Shown: positions 33,536 to 41,781 of the stretch, one piece after another
How the letters are laid out: each line of letters starts with the position of its first letter
Numbering within the stretch: position 1 is the first letter of the stretch
Origin: an uncultured Candidatus Rokubacteria bacterium
GTDB lineage: Bacteria > Methylomirabilota > Methylomirabilia > Rokubacteriales > CSP1-6
NCBI GenBank assembly: GCA_963758635.1
Contig: CAVWWD010000005.1
Coordinates: forward strand, 738,193 to 802,192
Length of the DNA stretch: 64,000 nt
Direction: 5' to 3'
The notes under the pieces: generated by a model
What the model saw: the letters and a program-made list of their open reading frames with translations, nothing else
Told to the model about the DNA's origin: nothing
Database searches by the model: none
Translations under genes and position numbers: made by a program

Positions 33536-33949
33536 TCAACGCCGCGGGGGCGCGATGAAGTCGATCGCTTGTCTGTCGTTCCGCCGGTACACGCTGAAGT
33601 CCTTTCGGTCGACCGTGAGGACCTGACACCGGGGGCGCAGTTCCGTCATCGCGACGACCGCCGCGTCGGCCAGATCCATCTGTCTGTAGCGGGCCATCAG
33701 CGTCCGCAGGCGTGGCCAGTGCGCCGACATGTCGAAGTCGAGGCGGAGGGCGTCGCGTTCGAGCAGCTCGAACAGTGGATCGACGGGCACGCCGTCCTCA
33801 CGAAGGAAGTAGGCCGCCTCGGTGAGCACCGGTTCGCAGGTCAGCATCGGACGCTGGACCTGCTTCAAGAGCGTGACGGCCCAGTCGTGATAGGGGTCGT
33901 TGCCGTTGAGGAATGCGACGAGAGGACCCGTGTCGCAGATCGTCGTCAC
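33536..33949 (-). CDS. vapC: PIN-domain (VapC-like) toxin
   Basis: ICDTGPLVA, VLTEA, MDLADA, LTVDRKDF. Confidence 0.88.
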   Translation of the reverse strand: MTTICDTGPLVAFLNGNDPYHDWAVTLLKQVQRPMLTCEPVLTEAAYFLREDGVPVDPLFELLERDALRLDFDMSAHWPRLRTLMARYRQMDLADAAVVAMTELRPRCQVLTVDRKDFSVYRRNDRQAIDFIAPPRR

Positions 33950-34179
33950 GATCGCCCGAACCGGCGTCGTGCGTTCGTCGCGGCCCTTCGGCTGCCCGCG
34001 ACGCTGCCCGCCAGGTCGGAGGTCACGGCGAAGACCGAGCGCCCGCTGCTCCCGGACGACGCCTCGACGCGCTCTCGGACGAGAGCCGCCACGCTCCGCC
34101 CCGTCGCTCGCGCCTCCTGCCGAAGGCGCTGCAGCGTGGTCTCGGAGAGCTTGATCGTGATCCCACGCAAGACCGCCAT
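33946..34179 (-). CDS. CopG/RHH-type antitoxin, leaderless
   Basis: ITIKL...ARATGRSVAALVRERV; upstream TTGCCA-N17-TACCCT-N6-ATG on the minus strand. Confidence 0.72.
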   Translation of the reverse strand: MAVLRGITIKLSETTLQRLRQEARATGRSVAALVRERVEASSGSSGRSVFAVTSDLAGSVAGSRRAATNARRRFGRS

Positions 34180-34340
34180 GCCACGAGGGTAACTCGATCC
34201 TGTCAGCATGGCAACATCAAGATGGATCGGCGGGCGGCAACCCGAGACGGCTATCCTCGAACGAGGCGGACGGCGACGTGACGCTCCCGACCTGACCCCG
34301 CGCCCCGTCCCCGCGGGGGTGACGAGGCGCCAACCGAGGC

Positions 34341-34645
34341 TCAGGGCTCGGGGTAGAGTCGCGGGAACCACGCATCCACGGCCACGGCGGGGAACCCCAG
34401 CCGGAGCGGTGCGCGGGGGCCTTCGGAGACCAGGAGCCCACGTTCGATCAGGTCAGCGACGACGTTGCGGGCCTGACGCTCGCCGACTCCCAGCAGTCCA
34501 GCAGCGGCGCCACGCTCCAGCTGGCCCATGTAGAGCGCCTCGCGAAGCACGGTGAACGACCGACGAGGCAACGCCCCGACGCCAGCCTCCCCGGCAACGT
34601 AGCGCTCGAGCCGTGACGCGAGGGTGGTCGGCTCCAGCAGTCATT
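34341..34645 (-). pseudogene. C-terminal HTH remnant of a Fic-family gene
   Basis: LLEPTTLASRL...VLREALYMGQLERGAAAGLLGVGERQARNVVADLIERGLLVS..APLRLGFP resembles the C-terminal wHTH region of Fic-family proteins; no HPFxxGNGR motif present. Confidence 0.55.
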
Positions 34646-34798
34646 GCCGCTCGAATTGCCGGATTCCTCGCGCCGCGATTATAGTTACTATGCCTACTTA
34701 CGAGTATATGCTCCGGATCGAGCGCGCAAGTGATTTCCGACTGAGATTCCGGACTGAGAGTCACTGCACCAGCGACCTCGAACGCCACCTCTGAACGA

Positions 34799-35482
34799 CT
34801 ATCCGAGCGCGAGCCGCACGGCATCGAGGAGGCCGGTGGCGCGTAGGCATCCCCGGTCGCCCCAGTAGCCGCGAGGATCCAGGAGGATGCCGTCGAGCCC
34901 CGCGGCGCGCGCGCCCAGCACGTCCACCGAGTAGAGGTCGCCGACGTAGACCGCTTCGGCAGGCGTGACCCCCGCGGCCTCGAGGCCGAGCGCGAAGATG
35001 CGCGGATCGGGCTTCTCCACGCCGACGATCCCCGAGTCGATGACGAAGTCCACGCCGGATGCCAGGCCGGCGCCGGCGAGGAGCAACTCTGCGTGGCCGT
35101 TCGAGTTGGAGATGACGCCGGCCACGAGCCCGGCGGCCCTGATCCGCGCGAGCGCCGCCATCGCGTCCGGGTCCGGCCGCGTGTAGAGGCCGGCGGGCCG
35201 GTTGTACTCCTGGCGCCAGTCCCAGATGGCCGCGACCTCATCCTCGCGCGTGATGCCGAGCGGCTCGAGGATGTAGCGGAAGTACCGCGCCCGCGTGTCG
35301 AGGCTCTCGGTGGACACGCCGGCGGCGAGGTGGTCATCCAGGCGCACGCGGGCGTGCAGCTCGGCGTCCTCGACCTGGGCCACGCTCACCGCGTGCCCGC
35401 GGCTGGCCAGGTGCGAGACGATGGCCGCGTGCTCGAGCAGCAGGAGCGTGTTCCCGGCGTCGAAGAGGACGGCGCGCCGCAC
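34799..35482 (-). CDS. HAD-superfamily hydrolase
   Basis: VLFDAGNTL, VISNS, EKPDPRIF, YVGDLYSVDV; start at GTG 35482 (or ATG 35491). Confidence 0.88.
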   Translation of the reverse strand: MRRAVLFDAGNTLLLLEHAAIVSHLASRGHAVSVAQVEDAELHARVRLDDHLAAGVSTESLDTRARYFRYILEPLGITREDEVAAIWDWRQEYNRPAGLYTRPDPDAMAALARIRAAGLVAGVISNSNGHAELLLAGAGLASGVDFVIDSGIVGVEKPDPRIFALGLEAAGVTPAEAVYVGDLYSVDVLGARAAGLDGILLDPRGYWGDRGCLRATGLLDAVRLALG

Positions 35483-35486
35483 GCGG

Positions 35487-35500
35487 CTCATTATAATGAG
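35487..35500. promoter_or_regulatory. palindromic bidirectional -10 element CTCATTATAATGAG
   Basis: Perfect 14-bp palindrome with TATAAT on both strands; start codons at 35482 (-) and 35505 (+) placed symmetrically. Confidence 0.65.
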
Positions 35501-35504
35501 GGCC

Positions 35505-35757
35505 ATGTCCGCCGGCCGACGCATCGCGTGCGCGCTCGCCCTGGTCGCCCCCGCCGTCGTCACGCTCGCGGGGTCGCGCGATCGCCGACCATCCGGACGG
35601 CCTCCGCACGGAGATGTCCCCGATGGCCACCGCCCTCCTCATGGGCGGGCTCGCGCTGGCCGCCGTGCTGCTGGTGCTCGTCGTCGCCATGCTGCTGACG
35701 CGGCGGGCTGATCCGCCGCGCGCCGGCGTCGGTCGGAAGGACGCGCACGGGGAGTGA
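35505..35757 (+). CDS. small membrane protein (signal peptide plus one TM), first gene of the copper cluster; frameshifted
   Basis: MSAGRRIACALALVAPAVVTLAG...DHPDGLRTEMSPMATALLMGGLALAAVLLVLVVAMLL; stop overlaps the copC start. Confidence 0.5.
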
Positions 35758-36128
35758 GGCTTCCGATCGCGTCCGCGCTCGCCCTGGCCCTCTCCGCGCT
35801 GCCGCCGGCCGCGCTCGCGCACGCCGTCCTCGTCAAGGCGCAGCCGGCCGGGCGCGCCACCCTCACCCGCGCGCCCGAGCGCGTCCAGCTCTGGTTCAAC
35901 GAGCGGCTCGAGCCCGCGTACTCGACCGTGTCGGTGTGGGACGCGGCGGGCGCGCGGGTGGACGCCGGCAACGGCGCGGTGAGCGCCGAGGATCCGCGGC
36001 GGCTCGAGGTCTCCCTGCCCGCGCTCGCCGCCGGGCGCTACGTCGTCCGTTTCCGCGTCCTCTCGGTGGACGGCCACATCGTGGACTCGAGCCTGCCGTT
36101 CACGATCAAGGCCGACCCCGCCCGGTGA
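35754..36128 (+). CDS. copC: copper resistance protein CopC
   Basis: Signal peptide, mature N-terminal His (HAVLVKAQP), LWFNE, VLSVDGH. Confidence 0.9.
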   Translation: MRLPIASALALALSALPPAALAHAVLVKAQPAGRATLTRAPERVQLWFNERLEPAYSTVSVWDAAGARVDAGNGAVSAEDPRRLEVSLPALAAGRYVVRFRVLSVDGHIVDSSLPFTIKADPAR

Positions 36129-38140
36129 CCGCGCTCGGCAGCATCCTGCGCTGGATCAACCTGGCCCCCGGCCTGCTCCTGGTGGGGACCTTCGCCGCGC
36201 TCCTGCTCGCCGGGCCCCACCGCCCGGCCACGGCGCGCCGATGGGAGACCCGCTGCCTCGCCGGCACGCGCGTGCTCGTGCTGCTGCTGCTGGCCTCCGG
36301 GCTCGCCGTCCTCGCGTACCAGGTCGCCTACGCGGCGGGCCGCCCGGCCGCCGCGCTCGATGCTGGAGAGTGGGGACGGGTGCTCTTCACCACGCAGTTC
36401 GGCGCCGTGTGGCTGGCGCGCCACGGCCTGCTGCTGCTCCTGGTCGCCTTCCTCCTCTCGCGCCAGCGGGAGACGGGCACGGCCGACTGGGCCGCCTTCC
36501 GCGGCGAGGCCGCGGTCCTCGCGGGGCTGGGCGCGGGGGCGCTGGCCTGGGCGGGCCACGCCGCCGCCGTGGAGACGGCGAGCCTCGTCGCCGCCCTCGT
36601 CGACGCGCTCCACCTGGTCGCGGCCGGCGCGTGGCTCGGCGCGCTGCTGCCGCTGGCGCTGCTCCTGCGGGAGGCGAGCACGGAGGACGGGGCGGATAGC
36701 CGGCCCGTCGCCGTCGTCGCGCTCCGCCGCTTCTCCGCGCTGGCGCTGCCGCTGATCGCGATCCTGGTCGCCACCGGCGTGTGGACCACGTGGACGCAGG
36801 TGGGCGACGTGCCCGCGTTGATCGGGACACTTTACGGCCGGCTGCTCGGCCTCAAGGTGCTCCTCCTCGGGGCGATCCTGGTCGTGGCCGCGGTGAACCG
36901 CCGGCGGCTCCTGCCCGCGCTCGGCGGTGAGGCGGCCACCGTGGGGCGCCCGGCCATGCGGCGCCTCGCCGGCTTCGTCACGATCGAGTGGGCGCTCGGC
37001 CTGGCCATCCTCGCCGTGGTCAGCGTCCTCGCCACCACGCCGCCCGGGCGCCACAACGTCGTGAGCTGGCCCTTCTCGTTCCGGCTCGACTGGGACGCGA
37101 TGGCGCCCCAGCCCGGCGTGAAGACGCGCCTGTTCATCGGCTCGCAGATCGCCCTCCTCGGCGTGATCGCGACGGCGGCGGGCGTGCTCCTGGCGCGCTG
37201 GCGCGCCGGGTTCCTGACCGGCGGCGTCGCGGCGATCGCGCTCGGGCTCTGGGTGGCGCTGCCGCCGCTGTCCGTGGACGCCTACCCCACGACCTACGTG
37301 CGGCCGCAGGTGGCCTACACCGCGCTCTCGATCGCCGCCGGCCGCGACCTCTACGCGGCCCACTGCGCCACGTGCCACGGCGCCGGCGGCCAGGGCGACG
37401 GCCCGGGCGCGGCCGGCCTCGCGAAGCGGCCCGCCGACCTCACCGCGCCCCACACCGGCCAGCACACCGCGGGCGACATCTTCTGGTGGATCTCGCGGGG
37501 CATTCCCGCGGCCGGGATGCCCGCGTTCGACGACCGGCTCACGACGGAGGAGCGCTGGGACCTGATCAACTTCGTGCGCGCCCTGGCCAGCTCGGAGCGG
37601 GCACGGGGTCTCGCGCCGCGCGTCGAGCCGGATCGCCCGTGGCTCGCCGCGCCCGACTTCGCGTACTCGGTGGGCCCCGCCGTCCAGAGCACGCTGCGCG
37701 ACTTCCGCGGCCGCCAGCCCGTGCTCCTGGTCCTGTTCTCGCTGCCCGCGTCGCGCCCGCGGCTCGAGCGCCTGGCCGCGGCCTACGACAGCCTGCGTGG
37801 CATCGGCGTCGAGGTGCTGGCCGCGCCGCTCGACGGCGGCGACGGGATCCTGGGACGCCTCGGCGCCGTCCCGCCGATCATGTTCCCCGTGGTCACCGAG
37901 GGGAGCGCGGAGATCGCGCGGGCGTACTCCCTCTTCGCGCGCACGTTCGAGCCCGACGGCCTCCGGCCCGGCCCGGCGCCCCAGCACATGGAGCTCTTGA
38001 TCGACCGCGGCGGCTACGTCCGGGCGCGCTGGATCCCCGCCCAGGGCAAGGGATGGGCCGATCCCGGCGCGCTCGTGCCCGAGCTCCAGCAGCTCGCGCG
38101 CGAGGCGCCGGCGCCGCCGCCCACCGAGCACGTGCACTGA
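36125..38140 (+). CDS. copD: CopD-family membrane protein fused to a cytochrome c and a Cys-less redoxin-like domain
   Basis: WAGHAAA, LHLVAAGAWLG, YGRLLGLK; CATCH heme motif plus GMPAF; APDF...LRDFRGRQPVLLVLF...LIDRGGYVRARW. Confidence 0.85.
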   Translation: MTALGSILRWINLAPGLLLVGTFAALLLAGPHRPATARRWETRCLAGTRVLVLLLLASGLAVLAYQVAYAAGRPAAALDAGEWGRVLFTTQFGAVWLARHGLLLLLVAFLLSRQRETGTADWAAFRGEAAVLAGLGAGALAWAGHAAAVETASLVAALVDALHLVAAGAWLGALLPLALLLREASTEDGADSRPVAVVALRRFSALALPLIAILVATGVWTTWTQVGDVPALIGTLYGRLLGLKVLLLGAILVVAAVNRRRLLPALGGEAATVGRPAMRRLAGFVTIEWALGLAILAVVSVLATTPPGRHNVVSWPFSFRLDWDAMAPQPGVKTRLFIGSQIALLGVIATAAGVLLARWRAGFLTGGVAAIALGLWVALPPLSVDAYPTTYVRPQVAYTALSIAAGRDLYAAHCATCHGAGGQGDGPGAAGLAKRPADLTAPHTGQHTAGDIFWWISRGIPAAGMPAFDDRLTTEERWDLINFVRALASSERARGLAPRVEPDRPWLAAPDFAYSVGPAVQSTLRDFRGRQPVLLVLFSLPASRPRLERLAAAYDSLRGIGVEVLAAPLDGGDGILGRLGAVPPIMFPVVTEGSAEIARAYSLFARTFEPDGLRPGPAPQHMELLIDRGGYVRARWIPAQGKGWADPGALVPELQQLAREAPAPPPTEHVH

Positions 38141-38144
38141 CACG

Positions 38145-38522
38145 ATGAAGCTCTGGCGCGTCGTGCTGCTCGTGAACGTGGCCCTCGCGGTCGGGCTGCT
38201 CATCGGCTGGGCCACGTGGGGCCGGCAGGCCGCGCAGCTCGAGCGGGAGCTCGCCCAGGCGCGCCAGCGCGCCCTGCCCCCGGGCGTGGAGCAGACGTTC
38301 AACGCCGAGGGCGTGGTGCGCGCCACCGTGCCCGAGATCGGCGTGGTCGTCCTCACCCACGAGCAGATCGCGGGGTTCATGCCGTCCATGACCATGGGCT
38401 TCCGCGTCAGCGATCCCGAGGCCCTGAAGGGGCTGGCCGCGGGCGACGTGGTCCGCGTCACCCTCAAGGGCGTTCCCCCCAACCTCGTCATCACGCGGAT
38501 CACCGTGCAGGGAAAGTCGTGA
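38145..38522 (+). CDS. CusF-like copper-binding protein with N-terminal anchor
   Basis: LTHEQIAGFMPSMTMGF (H...MxxMTM). Confidence 0.82.
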   Translation: MKLWRVVLLVNVALAVGLLIGWATWGRQAAQLERELAQARQRALPPGVEQTFNAEGVVRATVPEIGVVVLTHEQIAGFMPSMTMGFRVSDPEALKGLAAGDVVRVTLKGVPPNLVITRITVQGKS

Positions 38523-38578
38523 CGATCCGCATCCCGCTCATCGACGCATCACCGAGCGGCTCACCGCCCGTCCGAACC

Positions 38579-38617
38579 CCCTCTCCCCTCCGGGGAGAGG
38601 GCAGGGTGAGGGGCGGT
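38579..38617 (-). repeat. REP-like palindrome, copy 2
   Basis: Reverse complement of 30324-30362 with one mismatch in the loop. Confidence 0.85.
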
Positions 38618-38620
38618 TGC

Positions 38621-39832
38621 ATGCCACGCTCACGGAGGAAGACCATGAGCATCGCGCGCGCGTTCACGGCCCTGCTCGCCACCGGGGTCCTGTGCGGAGG
38701 CTACGTCGTGTCCACCGGCCCCGCGCCCGCCGCCGCGCAGTCCGCGCCCGCCGGCCGCGTGGAGACCGTCCCGGGCATGCCCCCGGTAGCGGACCCGGCC
38801 AACCTCTACAGCGAGACCGGCGCGGGCCGCGTCGCCCCGGCGGCGGCGGGCGCGCTGCCGCGCGTGTACGTGCCCAACGTCAAGTCCCACGACGTGTACG
38901 TGATCGATCCCGCCACGCTCAAGGTCGTGGACAAGTTCAAGGTGGGGATCAACCCCCAGCACGTCGTCCCGTCGTGGGACCTCAAGACCCTCTGGGTCAC
39001 GAACAACGCCGAGGGCCGCACCGACGGGAGCCTCACCCCCATCGATCCCGCCACCGCCAAGCCGGGCAAGGCGATCCCCGTCGACGACCCGTACAACATG
39101 TACTTCACGCCCGACGGGCGCTTCGCCATGGTGGTGGCCGAGGCGTACAAGCGCCTGGACTTCCGCGATCCCCGCACGTTCAAGCTCCAGGGCTCGGTGA
39201 AGGTGCCGAAGTGCGCGGGGGTGAACCACGCCGACTTCTCCATCGACGGCCGGTACCTGATCGCGACGTGCGAGTTCCAGGGCAGCCTCGTCAAGGTCGA
39301 CTGGATCAACCGGAAGGTGCTCGGCTACCTCGTGCTGTCGGGCAAGGGCATGCCCCAGGACATCCGCGTCTCGCCCGACGGCAAGACGTTCTTCGTGGCG
39401 GAGATGAAGCGGGGCGGCGTCTACCTGATCGACGGCGAGACGTTCAAGGAGGAGCGCTTCATTCCGACCGGCACGGGCACGCACGGCCTCTACCCGAGCC
39501 GGGACGGCAAGAAGGTCTACATCGCCAACCGCGGCTCCTCGCACATCGGCGGCCCGCCGGGCGGGCCGGGGAGCGTCTCCGTCATGGACTTCGCCACACG
39601 GCAGATCGAGGCCACGTGGCCGATCCCCGGCGGCGGCAGCCCGGACATGGGCAACGTCAGCGCGGACGGCAAGACGCTCTGGCTGGCCGGCCGCTACGAC
39701 AACGTGGTGTACGCCATCGACACCGCCACGGGCAACGTGACCAAGATCCCCGTTGGTCGCGAGCCCCACGGCCTCACGGTGTGGCCCCAGCCCGGCCGCT
39801 ACTCCCTCGGCCACACCGGCAACATGCGCTGA
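38621..39832 (+). CDS. YncE/YVTN-type beta-propeller secreted protein
   Basis: Signal peptide; repeated VYVIDP, VGINPQHV, SPDGK, IPVGREPHGL blades; alternative start at 38646. Confidence 0.85.
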   Translation: MPRSRRKTMSIARAFTALLATGVLCGGYVVSTGPAPAAAQSAPAGRVETVPGMPPVADPANLYSETGAGRVAPAAAGALPRVYVPNVKSHDVYVIDPATLKVVDKFKVGINPQHVVPSWDLKTLWVTNNAEGRTDGSLTPIDPATAKPGKAIPVDDPYNMYFTPDGRFAMVVAEAYKRLDFRDPRTFKLQGSVKVPKCAGVNHADFSIDGRYLIATCEFQGSLVKVDWINRKVLGYLVLSGKGMPQDIRVSPDGKTFFVAEMKRGGVYLIDGETFKEERFIPTGTGTHGLYPSRDGKKVYIANRGSSHIGGPPGGPGSVSVMDFATRQIEATWPIPGGGSPDMGNVSADGKTLWLAGRYDNVVYAIDTATGNVTKIPVGREPHGLTVWPQPGRYSLGHTGNMR

Positions 39833-39838
39833 CGTAAC

Positions 39839-39900
39839 GCAAGGGTCTGACCCCCTCGTTGCGCAACGCCGGGTGCGCAACACCGGGGTCAGACCCTCGC
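39839..39900. repeat. GGGTCTGACCCC / GGGGTCAGACCC inverted REP-like pair
   Basis: AGGGTCTGACCCC (39842-39854) and GGGGTCAGACCCT (39885-39897); internal GTTGCGCAAC palindrome. Confidence 0.75.
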
Positions 39901-39963
39901 GCAACCACCATCGGAGGACGGCGCTTGCCGGCGAGGCGATGGTCGGGTATTGATGATCGGCAG

Positions 39964-40269
39964 ATGAACGCGTTCATCCGAGGCCCACGGAGCGCCGCGC
40001 CGCCCTGGGCGCTGGCTCTTCTCGCGCTGCTCGTGGTCGTGGGCGGCGCGGTGCCCGCTCACGTCCACACCGACGTGAGCCCGGGCCTCTACAACACCGC
40101 GCACGTCCTCGAGAACCTCGCCGCGCGCTCGGCCGCCGTCTCCGTGCCGGAGGCGTCGCCCGCCGGCGTGGTCGCGGCGCCGGCCCGGGTCAAGCTCGTG
40201 GCCGCCGAGTCCATCCCCTCGGCCCCGGTTCTCCGCGGCCCCGACTCCCGCTCGCCTCCGACCGCCTAG
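39964..40269 (+). CDS. putative regulatory leader protein (TM/signal, HVH, C-terminal RSPP)
   Basis: WALALLALLVVVGGAVPAHVH...Pro/Ala linker...DSRSPPTA*; directly upstream of a metal-uptake operon. Confidence 0.65.
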   Translation: MNAFIRGPRSAAPPWALALLALLVVVGGAVPAHVHTDVSPGLYNTAHVLENLAARSAAVSVPEASPAGVVAAPARVKLVAAESIPSAPVLRGPDSRSPPTA

Positions 40270-40351
40270 CTTCCTCCTCCGCAGCATCGCTTCACCACGG
40301 CCACCGGCGCCTCGCGCCCGGGGCCCACCCATCTCCCAAGAGGAGGCGCGC

Positions 40352-41767
40352 ATGCGTCCAGGAAAGCTCTCCGCGAGGATCGCCATCGCTCTCTGCCTGC
40401 TCGTGGTCACGTCGCTGTGGGTTCCCCCGCCCATCGCCCAGGACGTGGAGGCCCTGCAGCGCGAGATCGAGCAGATGCGAAAGCAGCTCGAGACCCTCAC
40501 CGAGCGGCTGCAGGCGATCGAGTCTCGGCGAGAGCCTCCGGCCGCGGAGACGCCGGCGCCGGCCGCCGCTCCGTCCACCACACCCACGCCGGCGCCCGGC
40601 GCGGCGGCCACGGCCGCGCCGCCGGCCGCCGGCGCGCCGAGCCTGGCGGACCTCGCGCGCCCGCGCGAGCCCTTCGCGCTCTACGAGCGCCGCGGGCCCG
40701 GTCAGCTCCTCTTCGACATGGGGATCGCCGGCGATTTCGTGGCGAACTTCGGGCAACGGAACGTGGACAAGGCCAACGCCGGCACGTTCGCCGGACGTGA
40801 GAACCGCTTCTTCCCGCGCGAGATCGAGCTGGCCGTCTTCGGCCAGGTCGATCCCTACGCGCGCGCCGAGGTCCGGATCGAGGCGGGCGAGGAGGACCAG
40901 GGCGAGATCGCGGTGAACCTCGCGGAGGCGCACCTCACGCTCCTGACGCTGCCCTTCGGCACCCAGGTCAAGCTCGGGCAGATGCGCAACCGCTTCGGGC
41001 TCCTCAACCAGATCCACGCCCACGACCGGCCCTTCGTGGACCAGCCCTCGGTGCTCACGCGCTTCTTCGGGGAGGAGGGCCTGGTCGAGCGCGGCGTGGA
41101 GCTGACGTGGGTCGCGCCGCTGCCGTTCTTCCTCGAGTTGCTGGCCGGCGTGTTCAACGGCGACAACGAGGAGGCCTTCGGCTACGGGAAGCTCAACCAG
41201 CCGCTCCTGACCGGGCGCGTGCGGACCTTCTTCGAGCTCGACACGCTCGGCGCCATCCAGGTCGGCGCCTCGGTGGCGAGCGGCGAGACGCCGGAGCGCC
41301 ACCGTAGCACGCTGGTCGGCGTGGACCTCAAGTACAAGTACACGCCGGAAAGCTGGCGCCACCCGCTCTTCACGCTGGGCGGCGAGGCGATCTTCTCCAC
41401 GCGCCGCGTGAACGTGTCCGGGGAGGACGTGGACGGCGACGGCATCGCCGACACGCCCGACGAGCGCCGCACGCGCGACCGCTGGGGCTGGTACGCGTGG
41501 GCCGAGCTCCAGCCGTGGCGGCGCTGGGCGTTCGGCGTGCGCTACGACTGGACGGAGTTCCCGGTGGCGCGCGGCCGCGAATGGGCGGTGGAGCCGTACG
41601 TCACGTTCATGCCGTCGGAGTTCCTGCGCTTCCGCCTCGCCTACAAGCACACCGAGCGCGACAAGCGCGACCTCTTCGGCGACCACGGCGGCAGCGGGCG
41701 CATCGTCGACGAGCTCTTGCTCCAGGCCACGTTCATCCTGGGCGCGCATCCGGCGCATCCGTTCTGA
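40352..41767 (+). CDS. outer-membrane beta-barrel protein associated with metal ABC uptake
   Basis: Signal peptide, coiled coil, amphipathic beta strands, HAHD, C-terminal GAHPAHPF. Confidence 0.75.
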   Translation: MRPGKLSARIAIALCLLVVTSLWVPPPIAQDVEALQREIEQMRKQLETLTERLQAIESRREPPAAETPAPAAAPSTTPTPAPGAAATAAPPAAGAPSLADLARPREPFALYERRGPGQLLFDMGIAGDFVANFGQRNVDKANAGTFAGRENRFFPREIELAVFGQVDPYARAEVRIEAGEEDQGEIAVNLAEAHLTLLTLPFGTQVKLGQMRNRFGLLNQIHAHDRPFVDQPSVLTRFFGEEGLVERGVELTWVAPLPFFLELLAGVFNGDNEEAFGYGKLNQPLLTGRVRTFFELDTLGAIQVGASVASGETPERHRSTLVGVDLKYKYTPESWRHPLFTLGGEAIFSTRRVNVSGEDVDGDGIADTPDERRTRDRWGWYAWAELQPWRRWAFGVRYDWTEFPVARGREWAVEPYVTFMPSEFLRFRLAYKHTERDKRDLFGDHGGSGRIVDELLLQATFILGAHPAHPF

Positions 41768-41781
41768 GAGGAGACACGCGC

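Noticed and set aside
33507..33550. Integron attC site after vapC (two GTTCAAC cores in a ~20-bp tandem repeat)
   Set aside because: The cores are direct rather than inverted, there is no attC-like stem, and no integrase is present.
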